From: Candidatus Omnitrophota bacterium
GTDB taxonomy: Bacteria > Omnitrophota > Gorgyraeia > JAGLLT01
DNA length: 33,901 bases
NCBI GenBank assembly: GCA_023140385.1
Contig: JAGLLT010000031.1
Span: forward strand, 1 to 33,901
Direction: 5' to 3'
Below the pieces are notes generated by a model. The model did not search any database, had not been told where the DNA came from, and saw only the letters and a program-made list of their open reading frames with translations. Positions 16,450 through 26,442 of this stretch are shown one piece after another (position 1 is the first letter of the stretch; each line of letters opens with the position of its first letter). A program made the translations under genes and the position numbers.

Positions 16450-17313
16450 ATGTTTGACGGATTATTTAACAGGCGGCGCGGCTTAATCGGCCAGATACTT
16501 TTAGATGCCGGCTTGGTAACGCACAATGAACTGAAAAAGGCTATTAAGATTAGTAAGGAAAAAGGCAGCCTGCTGGGCGAGACCCTTATCCGCCTAAATC
16601 ATATCTCCGATGCTGACCTGAAAATTGCCCTTCAGGAACAGCTCTCTATGTCCATTGTGCCTATAAAAAAAGAAGACCTCGATACGTCTGAGGCAACGGA
16701 ATTTTACCGGTTGCACACCAACGTAAAGTTTGCCCTTTTTTCAGACGACCCCATAAAGTCATTAATGATTACATCTGCCGTTCCCAAAGAAGGCAAGAGT
16801 ATGACTGTTGCTTACTTCGCGCTGGTAATGGCAAATGTTATGCAAAAAAAGACACTTCTGATTGACGCGGATATGCGCCACCCCTCAATAGACCTGCAGT
16901 TTGGCTTCAGGGCGGATCACGGCCTGGCCGACCTGATGGTTGACTCTGTAACAATAGATGCCTGCATCCACGATACAGAGATAAAAAATCTAAAAATACT
17001 ACCCTGCGGCACCAAACCCCCTAATCCGGCCGCCCTCTTAGCCTCTCAGAAATTTAAAGACATTGTAGAGCACCTAAAAGAACGGTTCGATCTAATCCTT
17101 TTTGACTCCGCGCCGGTTTATCCTGTGGCCGATGCCACGCTTCTAAGCGCCAATGTAGACGCCGCCATACTCGTCATAGAGGCGGGTTCTACCAGAAGAG
17201 GCGTTGTCAAGCGGGCAGTAGACAGCCTCAAAGAGTCAAACGTCAAAGTATTAGGCACCATACTAAATAAAGTAGAAGCCGAACTATCAAAATACTCCTA
17301 CGCTGGATATTAA
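16450..17313 (+). CDS. CpsD/CapB family BY tyrosine kinase with N-terminal MshEN-like domain
   Basis: Walker A SAVPKEGKS, A' LIDADMRHP, B ILFDSAP, C-terminal KYSYAGY; residues 12-64 follow the MshEN 24+5+24 pattern; strong SD AAAGGGGG. Confidence 0.88.
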   Translation: MFDGLFNRRRGLIGQILLDAGLVTHNELKKAIKISKEKGSLLGETLIRLNHISDADLKIALQEQLSMSIVPIKKEDLDTSEATEFYRLHTNVKFALFSDDPIKSLMITSAVPKEGKSMTVAYFALVMANVMQKKTLLIDADMRHPSIDLQFGFRADHGLADLMVDSVTIDACIHDTEIKNLKILPCGTKPPNPAALLASQKFKDIVEHLKERFDLILFDSAPVYPVADATLLSANVDAAILVIEAGSTRRGVVKRAVDSLKESNVKVLGTILNKVEAELSKYSYAGY

Positions 17314-17333
17314 ATAGCGGATACCATATTGCA

Positions 17334-17694
17334 AATGGCTAAGAGCAATGAGCTATCAGTTATTTGTTTTACACGCTTTACGCTGTTTTATTTTGCTTTT
17401 TTATCGTATTTACCATGAGCCATCAGCCATGAGCTATCAGCTATTTGTTTTATACGCCTTTTTATTGTTTTTACCATGAGCCAAGAGCTATGAGCCATCA
17501 GCTCTTTGTTTCTTATTTTTTGTTTTGCACGCTTTACACTTTGCGCTTTTCGCTTTTACCATGAGCCAAGAGCTATGAGCCATCAGCTCTTTGTTTAATG
17601 CATTTGAACATTAGAGTTTGTAATTTATTTAGGGTTTAGATATTAGAATTTAGGATTTTATTTACTTTTGTCTATACGCTATACGCTAAACGCT
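17334..17694. repeat. Composite heptamer tandem-repeat array inside the operon
   Basis: Four blocks of 4x A(T/A)(G/C)AGC(T/C) at ~17334 (degenerate), 17415, 17476 and 17561; exact 43-bp duplication 17469-17511/17554-17596; TTTAGGG-TTTAGAT-ATTAGAA-TTTAGGA at 17628-17655; ATACGCT-ATACGCT-AAACGCT at 17674-17694. Confidence 0.9.
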
Positions 17695-17725
17695 GTGTTT
17701 TTGGGTAGGTTTAAAGATATATGAT

Positions 17726-18346
17726 ATGAAAATACAAGTTGAAGCATCACATTATAATTTAGGATACGATTCAAAGGAGCGTTTCTGTAGCTACTGGCAT
17801 CAGATTAATGAAATAACTAAACTTAATCCACAGAATGTTCTTGAGGTTGGTATTGGCAATGGTTTTGTTTCTGAATACCTTAAAAAGCATGGTTTAAATA
17901 TTACAACTGCTGATGTCGATAAAGGTTTAAAGCCGGATATCGTTGCTTCGGTTTTAAGTTTACCTATCTCGGATAATGTGTTTGATGTGGTTGTTTGTTA
18001 TGAAACATTAGAACATATGCCCTATGAAAATTTTAGCAAAGCTCTTTTGGAATTAAAAAGAGTGTCTAAGAAGTATGTACTTATATCATTACCTGATGTT
18101 CATAAAGTCTGGAGATATGTAATTCACATACCAAGATTTAAAGAGATTATGAAATTAATATATAAGCCACGGATTAAACTGCCGGAGCATATATTTGATG
18201 GGCAGCATTATTGGGAAATAGGAAAAAAGGGATACGCGCTTAAAAAAGTTAGTAAGGATATTTGCGCTTGCGGTTTTAAGATATCAAATACATACAGGCC
18301 GTTTGAGATTACTTATCATAGATTTTTTGTTTTAGAAAAGGTATAA
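17726..18346 (+). CDS. Class I SAM-dependent methyltransferase
   Basis: VLEVGIGNG motif I; FDVVVCYETLEHMP. Confidence 0.88.
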   Translation: MKIQVEASHYNLGYDSKERFCSYWHQINEITKLNPQNVLEVGIGNGFVSEYLKKHGLNITTADVDKGLKPDIVASVLSLPISDNVFDVVVCYETLEHMPYENFSKALLELKRVSKKYVLISLPDVHKVWRYVIHIPRFKEIMKLIYKPRIKLPEHIFDGQHYWEIGKKGYALKKVSKDICACGFKISNTYRPFEITYHRFFVLEKV

Positions 18347-18357
18347 GGAAGAATTGC

Positions 18358-19857
18358 TTGAATATTAAAAAATTTTTACAGTCTAAGTTTAAAGGGTTGT
18401 TTTCTATAGAAGGTACTTTGTCTCAGAAGGCTGCCAGAAGCGGCGTCTGGGTGTTTGGGTCGTTTGGCTTTAGTAAAGTATTATTCTTTGTTCAGACAAT
18501 TATTTTGGTGAGATTACTTACTCCGGAAGATTTTGGTTTAATGGGACTATGTTATGTGGCCATTGGAGCAATGGCTGTATTTACTGAAACCGGCTTTGGG
18601 CATGCTCTAATTCAAAGGAAAAAGTATGATGATGATGCGTTAAACACTGCCTGGGTTATAGGAATTATTAGGGGGGTGGTACTTTTTTTACTTTTATTTA
18701 TTTTTGCTCCATCAATTGCTAAATTTTATGACAGTTTACTGATTGAACCTATACTAAGGATAATTGCTATATCTTTTTTATTTTATGGCTTTGGTAATGT
18801 CGGGCTTATTCTTTATAGCAAAGAGCTAAATTTTAAGAAAAAGATTGCTTATGACCAATTGGGAGCTATATTATCAATTATTATTACCGTAGCCTTAGCT
18901 TTTTGGTTAAGAAATGTCTTTGCGTTAGTTTTAGGGCATATTGCTGGTGCAATAGTGGGTGTTAGTTTCTCATATCGAGCACATCCTTTTAGGCCTAAAT
19001 TTAGATTTAAAGTAGACATTGCAAAAGAATTATTTCGTTTTGGTAAACATATCTTTTTTATGGGTATTGCCATGTTTGTAATTACCCAGGGGGATGATGC
19101 TTTAGTTGGTAAATTATTAGGTATGAGTGCCTTAGGTTTTTATTTACTTGCATATAAACTATCAAATTTACCGGTTACCTCAATAACGCATGTTGTTTCA
19201 AGTATAAGTTTTCCCGCATATTCTAAGGTGCAGGATGATGTAATTAGGCTTGAAAGGGGATATTTAAAAATACTTAAAGGTACTTCTTTTTTTGTTATTT
19301 TAGCCGCCTTTTTATTATTGGTATTAGCTCCTGAATTTATTCAAGTCGTATATGGTGATAAATGGCTTCCTATGGTTCCGGCAGTTGTGGTTATGTGTTT
19401 TTTGGGGTATTTTAGGGGTATTTCAGCAACTATGGGGCCTGTTTTTACCGCAATTGGAAAACCCTATATATTAAGCAAAATAAAACTTAGTGAATTGATA
19501 TTAATGGTATGCATTATTTATCCTTTAACCCTTAAGTTTGGAATAGTTGGAGCTAGTATTGCGGGGACATTAGTATATTTTTTGAGTTTTATTCTACATT
19601 ACTATTATCTAACGGGAGTTATGAAGGGCATTGGTTATAAAGTGGCAAAAATAATATCATTGCAAACTATTGTGGCTATTTTAGCTGGCACTATAATTGT
19701 TGTCATTAAAAAGTATTTATTGATGGATGTTAGTTTGGTTAATCTTGTACTTTTATTGTTAATTGGTAGTGGTTTATATATAGGTGTTAATTTAATTGCT
19801 GATAAGAATATTATTAAAAATTGCAAGGAACTATATTTATCTATCAAAAGTGTATGA
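18358..19857 (+). CDS. wzx: Polysaccharide flippase (Wzx, WzxC/PST-like)
   Basis: LVRLLTPEDFGL, LFRFG, D.LVGKLLG..ALG.Y, FPAYSK.Q, YGDKWLP; many TM segments. Confidence 0.88.
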   Translation: MNIKKFLQSKFKGLFSIEGTLSQKAARSGVWVFGSFGFSKVLFFVQTIILVRLLTPEDFGLMGLCYVAIGAMAVFTETGFGHALIQRKKYDDDALNTAWVIGIIRGVVLFLLLFIFAPSIAKFYDSLLIEPILRIIAISFLFYGFGNVGLILYSKELNFKKKIAYDQLGAILSIIITVALAFWLRNVFALVLGHIAGAIVGVSFSYRAHPFRPKFRFKVDIAKELFRFGKHIFFMGIAMFVITQGDDALVGKLLGMSALGFYLLAYKLSNLPVTSITHVVSSISFPAYSKVQDDVIRLERGYLKILKGTSFFVILAAFLLLVLAPEFIQVVYGDKWLPMVPAVVVMCFLGYFRGISATMGPVFTAIGKPYILSKIKLSELILMVCIIYPLTLKFGIVGASIAGTLVYFLSFILHYYYLTGVMKGIGYKVAKIISLQTIVAILAGTIIVVIKKYLLMDVSLVNLVLLLLIGSGLYIGVNLIADKNIIKNCKELYLSIKSV

Positions 19858-19863
19858 TAAGTA

Positions 19864-20898
19864 ATGAAAATAGCATTATTAGTTAGTCAATTACCAAGTC
19901 GTTGCAAGCATGGTCCCGCATATCAAATGCACTACCTTGCGAATCATCTTGTGCAAAGAGGGCATGAGATTACCGTATTTTCAATGGATCCTAAGCCGGA
20001 TGATGCTTTATATAATGTAAGAATAGTTAAAGTTAAAGATAGATTTAAAATATTTAGATATATGTGGGCTTTAAGCAGAATAGATTATTCCGCATTTGAT
20101 GTACTACATGCGTCCGGAGACGATGCTCTTTTATTTCTTTCGAAAAATAAGCCCCCTCATGTAAGAACGTTTATGGGTTCAAGTTTATCTGAAGCATTTC
20201 ATATGTTTAAACAACCCAAGCAATGTTTGAAAACTTTCGTTTTAGCTTTTTTTGAATATATTTCTATATTTGTTGCTGATAAATGTGTATTGATTTCTAA
20301 AGGAACACGTAGATTTATTCCTTTTGTGAGGGATGTAGTTTATTGCGGGGTGGACACTAATAGATTTAAGCCCGGAAATGAGAAATCAGATAATCCCTCA
20401 ATCCTTTTTGTTGGTACTTTAGGGTGGAGAAAAAGAGGGAATATGCTGGTTGAAATTTTTAATAAACAAATTAAAACAAAAATTCCTAACGCTGAGTTAT
20501 GGCTTGTTGCAGATCGGGATGCTAAGGGAGAAGGTATTGCAAATTATAGCAAAGTTAGCACTGAAAAATTAATAGAGCTATATCAAAAAGCATGGGTTTT
20601 TTGTTTACCCTCTACGTATGAAGGATTTGGTTTGCCGTATGCAGAGGCTATGGCATGCGGCACACCAATTGTTGCTTCACCTAATTTAGGCGCTAAAGAG
20701 GTTTTAGGAAATGGTAAATATGGAATTGTTGCCAATGATAATCGACTGCTGGATGCATTATTAGGTTTATTGCAAAATGAGGAATTGAGAAAAGAATATG
20801 CCCAAAAAGGCTTAGATCGCGCAGAAGAATTTGATTTTAGCAAAATCACAACTGAATACGAAAATCTATATTATGCATTTACTAATAACTCAAAGTGA
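19864..20898 (+). CDS. Glycosyltransferase family 4
   Basis: PSTYEGFGLPYAEAMACGTPIV. Confidence 0.92.
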   Translation: MKIALLVSQLPSRCKHGPAYQMHYLANHLVQRGHEITVFSMDPKPDDALYNVRIVKVKDRFKIFRYMWALSRIDYSAFDVLHASGDDALLFLSKNKPPHVRTFMGSSLSEAFHMFKQPKQCLKTFVLAFFEYISIFVADKCVLISKGTRRFIPFVRDVVYCGVDTNRFKPGNEKSDNPSILFVGTLGWRKRGNMLVEIFNKQIKTKIPNAELWLVADRDAKGEGIANYSKVSTEKLIELYQKAWVFCLPSTYEGFGLPYAEAMACGTPIVASPNLGAKEVLGNGKYGIVANDNRLLDALLGLLQNEELRKEYAQKGLDRAEEFDFSKITTEYENLYYAFTNNSK

Positions 20899-21911
20899 AA
20901 GTTAAATTTAATATGTATAAAATATTTGATGAATTTTTAGAGAGAAATTGTATGAGGCTTGGGAAAGCATTCGGTAGGTTGTTAAAAAATCTACCGCAAA
21001 GTATAACAATAAAAATATCAAAATTATTACGAAAGTGCGAATATTTTCCAGTTGCATTAAGATGTCCCGTAACTATATTTGCTTATAATGTTATCAAATT
21101 TATGTATTTCGCAAATAAAACACCAGTTATTTTAAAGAAAGTTCTGTTTGATGGCAGTATAATGAAGCTAGATATAACAGATCATACACAACAATTGATA
21201 TATTTATGGAAGTTATATGAGCCTCCAACAACAAAGTATATAAATACCAACTTGAGGGAAGGTGAGATATTTATTGATATTGGTGCAAATGTTGGTTATT
21301 ACACTCTTTTAACAGCAAAGATAGTTGGCCCTTCAGGAAAAGTTTATGCCTTCGAGCCCGAAGTTAAGAATTTTTTAGCCCTCAAAACAAATCTTAGCAT
21401 TAACAATATTAAGAATGCAATGTGTTATCAAAAAGCCGTTGCTGATAGAGTAGGTACAATGAAATTAAATCTTAATCCTTTGAATAAGGGAGGTCATAGC
21501 TTAAATCAATTTGAGCAATATTCCGGAGATGCTTCAAAAAGTTATACATTGCAAGAAATAAAAGTATTATATCCTAATGCAAAATTTCAGCAAGAAGTAA
21601 GTGTGATTACTATGGATGAATTTTTATCACAGATGATAGATTCCTCTTTTGATTTTTCTGATATTTCTCTTATTAAAGTCGATGTTGAAGGCGCAGAAGT
21701 TAATGTGTTAAGAGGCATGCAAATGCTTCTTAGTTTAGATAGAGCCCCAAAGATCATTTGTGAAGTAAGTAGTAAAAATTGTGAAGAGATAAATTCTATA
21801 TTAGCAAAATTTGGATTTAAAGTGTTTAACTTAAGCAATAATGGTCAGCCTATGGAATGTATGCTTGAGGAAGATATGTGTCCAGGCAATTTTGTATTTA
21901 TTAAGGAATGA
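20895..21911 (+). CDS. FkbM family methyltransferase
   Basis: FIDIGANVGYYT, VYAFEP, IKVDVEGAE..VLRG; exact start uncertain. Confidence 0.9.
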   Translation: MKVKFNMYKIFDEFLERNCMRLGKAFGRLLKNLPQSITIKISKLLRKCEYFPVALRCPVTIFAYNVIKFMYFANKTPVILKKVLFDGSIMKLDITDHTQQLIYLWKLYEPPTTKYINTNLREGEIFIDIGANVGYYTLLTAKIVGPSGKVYAFEPEVKNFLALKTNLSINNIKNAMCYQKAVADRVGTMKLNLNPLNKGGHSLNQFEQYSGDASKSYTLQEIKVLYPNAKFQQEVSVITMDEFLSQMIDSSFDFSDISLIKVDVEGAEVNVLRGMQMLLSLDRAPKIICEVSSKNCEEINSILAKFGFKVFNLSNNGQPMECMLEEDMCPGNFVFIKE

Positions 21912-21951
21912 TATTACACTTAAAAATTTATTATGGCGAATTAAAGATATT

Positions 21952-22839
21952 ATGAAAAAAAATAATCCATTAGTTTCAATAATTATTCCTACTTATAATC
22001 GGTCAGACGTTTTAAAAAAGTGCCTATTGCATTTAAATGAACTTACATATAAGAATTTTGAGGTCATAATATCTGATGCAAGCGATAACGATGCATCAGA
22101 AAAAGTTACATCTCATATTTGTCCGCAAGCTATATATTTTAAAGTAAGTCCTGATAGAAAAGGATGTATTACTCAGCGCAACGATGTATTTGATAAGAGT
22201 AAGGGTAGTATTATTGCCTACATTGATGATGACAGCCTGGTATTTCCTGACTGGTTAAATAAGATAGTAGATACATACACACTATCTGACGATGTTGGAG
22301 GAGTGGGCGGTAGGGCTTTGCGAGGGGATATTCTTTACTGGGACGGCAAGACACCAATAGGAAGAATAAATCCTGATGGGTATTTAACGGAAGGTTTTGA
22401 TGGTAATTGCGGAGAAGTTATAGAGGTGGACAATTTGATTGCATGCAACATGAGTTATAAAAGGAATGCTTTAGAAAAAATAGGCGGATGGGATGAATGG
22501 TATGATTGTGAACGCGCCGAAACTGATCTTGCTATTTGTGTTAAGAAGGCAGGATATCGAATACTATATAATCCAAAAGCATTAGTTGATCATATAGGAT
22601 CACCCAGGATAGATACAAAACGTTTTAGTTTATTATATGACTATCGAACCCAGAGAAATCATGTATATATGTTAATTAAAAATTATGGGGTTTTTAGTAA
22701 GATATCTATATTTTATTTGACTAAAAGTACAATTATGGAAACGTATAAATGTGCAGGCAGAATAGTAAAAAGTGTTTTGAGATTAATATTAAATCAAACG
22801 GCTAAAATAATTGGATTAGTTAGAGGTATATTAAAATGA
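21952..22839 (+). CDS. Glycosyltransferase family 2
   Basis: PLVSIIIPTYNR, AYIDDD; start moved from 21841 to the ATG at 21952 (MKKNNPLVS). Confidence 0.9.
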   Translation: MKKNNPLVSIIIPTYNRSDVLKKCLLHLNELTYKNFEVIISDASDNDASEKVTSHICPQAIYFKVSPDRKGCITQRNDVFDKSKGSIIAYIDDDSLVFPDWLNKIVDTYTLSDDVGGVGGRALRGDILYWDGKTPIGRINPDGYLTEGFDGNCGEVIEVDNLIACNMSYKRNALEKIGGWDEWYDCERAETDLAICVKKAGYRILYNPKALVDHIGSPRIDTKRFSLLYDYRTQRNHVYMLIKNYGVFSKISIFYLTKSTIMETYKCAGRIVKSVLRLILNQTAKIIGLVRGILK

Positions 22840-23768
22840 ATCGTAAACCCTTAGTCAGCATCATAATTCCCACGCATAATATGGCCAAATTTTTACAATT
22901 ATCTGCTGGTAGTGTATTGAAGCAGACTTATAAAAATTTTGAACTTATTATTGTAGATGATGCTTCTGAAGATAATACCGAAGAAATTATTAAGCAATTC
23001 AACGACAAAAGAATTAAATATATTAAGCGTGATCAAAAAGGTGGGGTTTCATCTGCAAGAAATTGTGGAATTGATAACTCTCGCGGTGATTATATAGCCT
23101 TCCTGGATGCTGATAATGAATGGATGGAAAATAAATTAGAAAAGCAGATGTTTAAATTCGAGAATGTTTCCGATGACGTGGGGCTTGTATATACTCATTA
23201 TTTAGGCATATTCCTGACGTCTGGTGAAGTTATATGCGAATTTAAAGGATGTTATTCGGGAGATGTTGAAGCTGATCTCGCAGTAGGCTGTTTTCTAGGA
23301 GTTTGTGCCGTAATTATTAGAAGAAAGTGTATAGAAAAGGTTGGATATTTTGATCCTGACGTAGATTATAATGAAGACTGGGATTTGTGGCTTAGAATCG
23401 CAAAATACTACAAGTTTGATTTTATTCCGGAATTTTTAGCTAAATATTATGTTCACGGCAACCAGCTAAGCTGTAATCTTAGCCCCATGGTAGTTGCTTG
23501 GGAGAATTTTTTAGATAAGCACAAGGATATGTATGAAAAAATGCCTTCTATTTACAGTATGCATTTGGATTATTTGGGGCGAATATCATGCTTTGATGAT
23601 CAGTTTAAGAAAGGCAGGGGATACTTTTTAAAATCTATTAAGTATAAACCTGTACAAAAAAGCGGCTATCTTAATTTGGGATTATCTTTTATATCCTCTA
23701 ATTTACACAAAAACTATATAGATAAAACACTCTTTAAGAAAAAAAATGGAATAAGGCTATATAAATGA
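22836..23768 (+). CDS. Glycosyltransferase family 2
   Basis: VSIIIPTHN, IIVDDASED, AFLDAD, EDWDLWLR. Confidence 0.92.
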   Translation: MNRKPLVSIIIPTHNMAKFLQLSAGSVLKQTYKNFELIIVDDASEDNTEEIIKQFNDKRIKYIKRDQKGGVSSARNCGIDNSRGDYIAFLDADNEWMENKLEKQMFKFENVSDDVGLVYTHYLGIFLTSGEVICEFKGCYSGDVEADLAVGCFLGVCAVIIRRKCIEKVGYFDPDVDYNEDWDLWLRIAKYYKFDFIPEFLAKYYVHGNQLSCNLSPMVVAWENFLDKHKDMYEKMPSIYSMHLDYLGRISCFDDQFKKGRGYFLKSIKYKPVQKSGYLNLGLSFISSNLHKNYIDKTLFKKKNGIRLYK

Positions 23769-24706
23769 ACTGTACTCCGGTTGTCAGCGTTATAATCCCT
23801 ACATATAATAGGGCTGAGTTTTTACCTAGAGCAATTAATAGTGTGCTTAATCAGACATTTAAAGACTTTGAACTCATCATTGTAGATGACGGATCTACAG
23901 AAGATATTAAGAGCGTTGTAAATGCTTTTAATGACAATAGGATGAGGTATATAAGACACAATATTCCCAGGGGAGCTGCCTCAGCAAGGAACACAGGAAT
24001 AAAATACGCAAATAATGATTTCCTTGCTTTTTTAGATGACGATGATGAATGGAATGAGGATAAGCTTCTATTGCAGATCCAAGAATTTGAACGAGCAGAT
24101 GAAAAAGTTGGCCTTGTATATTCTGACATGATTAGAATTAATGACATAACAGGTCAAATTATGAATGATAATGTAAAGCATTACAGTGGCGATATTTCAA
24201 AAGAAATAATTACTAATTGTTTTATTGGTAGTCCTACTTATATGATTAAAAAAAAGTGCTTTGACAAAATTGGCCCCTTTGATATCGAATTACCAGCGCA
24301 TCAAGAATGGGATTTATTTATTCGACTTTCTGATTATTATGATGTCTTGTATTTGCCTCAAAAATTAGCAATATATCATATGCATGGCGATCAAATCACC
24401 ACATCACTTGTGAAAAAGATAAAAGCTTGGGAGATAATACTAAAAAAGCATCAAATGAAGTTCCTTAAAAATTCAAAAGTCTTCAGTTCTTTTCTGCTAT
24501 ATTTAGGCAAATTATACATTTTGAACGATGATTATTTAAAAGGATGTAAATTATTTTGGAACTCAATCAAGATATGTAAGTTACAGAAAAAAGTGTATTT
24601 TTATTTAATATTAAATTATTTGAATAAAAATATTCTCAAGAGAGTGATAACAAATAATACTATGCATATTAACAAAAATTTTTCATTTAAAAAAAAGGAT
24701 AACTAA
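23765..24706 (+). CDS. Glycosyltransferase family 2
   Basis: VSVIIPTYNRA, IVDDGST, AFLDDDDEW. Confidence 0.92.
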   Translation: MNCTPVVSVIIPTYNRAEFLPRAINSVLNQTFKDFELIIVDDGSTEDIKSVVNAFNDNRMRYIRHNIPRGAASARNTGIKYANNDFLAFLDDDDEWNEDKLLLQIQEFERADEKVGLVYSDMIRINDITGQIMNDNVKHYSGDISKEIITNCFIGSPTYMIKKKCFDKIGPFDIELPAHQEWDLFIRLSDYYDVLYLPQKLAIYHMHGDQITTSLVKKIKAWEIILKKHQMKFLKNSKVFSSFLLYLGKLYILNDDYLKGCKLFWNSIKICKLQKKVYFYLILNYLNKNILKRVITNNTMHINKNFSFKKKDN

Positions 24707-25300
24707 ATGCAAGATATTATTAAAAAGTTAATAAAAAGGTTTACTGATAACAATATTTTGTGTAATGATATTCAAATTATGATTGCTTTTGCAAAAGGTT
24801 ACATGGTTAAGCTGCGTCATATATTTAATCATAAGGTTAAGATAGGTAAAAAATTTAAAGTGTTCAAAGGATTTAAAATTGAAGGCGGCGGAGTTGTAAC
24901 AATTGGCGATAATGTTGAAGTGCATGATTTTTCTCGAATTATAGTAGCAAAAAATAAAGCGAAGGTTGTAATAGGCAATAATGTTATCTTGAATAATTGT
25001 ACTTTTTATAGTTGGGATAGTATTACTGTTGGAGATTTTTGTTTATTAGTTGGAGGATATTCTGATACAGATAGTCACAGTATTTCCATTGATAGGAGAA
25101 CAAATCCGAATGCAATTGTTAATGTATCACCTATTATTATCGAGGAGAATGTATGGGTTGGTACAAATTCAATAATATTAAAGGGAGTCAAAATAGGAAG
25201 AAATTCAGTTGTTGGAGCTGGATCAGTTGTGACTAGAGATATTCCTGAAAATTGTGTTGTAGCTGGAAATCCAGCGAAAGTTATTAAACATATAAAATGA
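24707..25300 (+). CDS. Hexapeptide-repeat (LbH) O-acyltransferase
   Basis: [44 protein letters not shown]. Confidence 0.9.
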   Translation: MQDIIKKLIKRFTDNNILCNDIQIMIAFAKGYMVKLRHIFNHKVKIGKKFKVFKGFKIEGGGVVTIGDNVEVHDFSRIIVAKNKAKVVIGNNVILNNCTFYSWDSITVGDFCLLVGGYSDTDSHSISIDRRTNPNAIVNVSPIIIEENVWVGTNSIILKGVKIGRNSVVGAGSVVTRDIPENCVVAGNPAKVIKHIK

Positions 25301-26442
25301 AAATATTAATAATACCTAGCGTATATAAGCCAAATATCGGTGGCGTTGAAGAATTCACAGCAAAATTATCTAAATTTTGCAATGAAAAGGATCACAATGT
25401 TTTTATTGCAACCAATAAATGGCCATCAAATTTAAGTGCGCATGAATTGATTGATGATGTTGAAGTTAATAGATTTAATTTCTTTTTGCCTAGTAAAAAA
25501 ATAACAGATATTTTAAAATTTTTGTTCTCATTTCCAATCAGTTTTATTAAATTTTTGACATATTTGAAACGGAAGAAGTTAGATATAGTAAATATTCAGT
25601 GCGTAAGTTCTAATGGTTTTTATACACTTTTGGCAAAAAAGATACTTAGATTTCCTTTAGTTGTTACGCTTCAAGGTGAAACCGTAATGGATGACTATGA
25701 TATTTATAATAAATCTGCATTGATGAGATGGACGTTAAAGCGATTGATGAAAAAAGCTGATTGGATAATAGCTAACTCATCTTATATCTTAGAAGATGCG
25801 TTAAGCAGATTTGGCGGAGATAGGAGTAAATGCAGTATTGTTTATAATGGTGTCGATTTAGAAGAATTTAAGGGAGTTGAGCCTTATAGGTACCATAAGA
25901 CATATATATTCGCAACAGGCAGATTAGTTTATAAAAAAGGTTTTGATTTGCTTGTAAAAGCGTTTAGTAAGATAACTGATAAATATGAGGACGTAGATTT
26001 ATTAATTAGTGGAAGAGGAGATTTTGAGCCGGAATTAATTAAGCTTATAACTGCATTTAAATTAACTAATAGAGTATTTTTGTTAGGCCCCGCGGATAGA
26101 AATAAAAATGTCTCGTTATTTAAAGGTTGTGAATTTTTTGTTATGCCATCAAGATTAGAACCATTTGGCATTGTATGCTTAGAGGCAATGGCGGCCGGAA
26201 AGCCGGTTATTTATACAAAAAATGGAGGCACTAAGGAGTTTGTAAATGATGACTTTGGAATTCAGGTTGACCCTGAAAATATAGATGAATTAAGTAAAGC
26301 CCTAATAAGCTTACTGTCAGATGATGAAAAATGCAAAGACATGGGCAAGAAAGCCAGAGAAGAAGTAAATAAATTCAATTGGCCCATTATATCTCAGCAG
26401 TATATCGAATTGTATAAAAAGGTCTTAAAAGAAAATGCCTGA
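25297..26442 (+). CDS. Glycosyltransferase family 4
   Basis: [38 protein letters not shown]. Confidence 0.92.
   Translation: MKILIIPSVYKPNIGGVEEFTAKLSKFCNEKDHNVFIATNKWPSNLSAHELIDDVEVNRFNFFLPSKKITDILKFLFSFPISFIKFLTYLKRKKLDIVNIQCVSSNGFYTLLAKKILRFPLVVTLQGETVMDDYDIYNKSALMRWTLKRLMKKADWIIANSSYILEDALSRFGGDRSKCSIVYNGVDLEEFKGVEPYRYHKTYIFATGRLVYKKGFDLLVKAFSKITDKYEDVDLLISGRGDFEPELIKLITAFKLTNRVFLLGPADRNKNVSLFKGCEFFVMPSRLEPFGIVCLEAMAAGKPVIYTKNGGTKEFVNDDFGIQVDPENIDELSKALISLLSDDEKCKDMGKKAREEVNKFNWPIISQQYIELYKKVLKENA

Noticed and set aside
17409..17596. CRISPR array (43-bp repeat, 42-bp spacer, 43-bp repeat)
   Set aside because: The repeats are themselves heptamer tandems, the spacers are low-complexity T-rich and irregular (block period 81/61/85), and no cas genes are present.
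21841..21951. N-terminal extension of the GT2 given by the ORF track
   Set aside because: Overlaps the FkbM gene by 71 nt; the GT2 domain starts right after ATG 21952.
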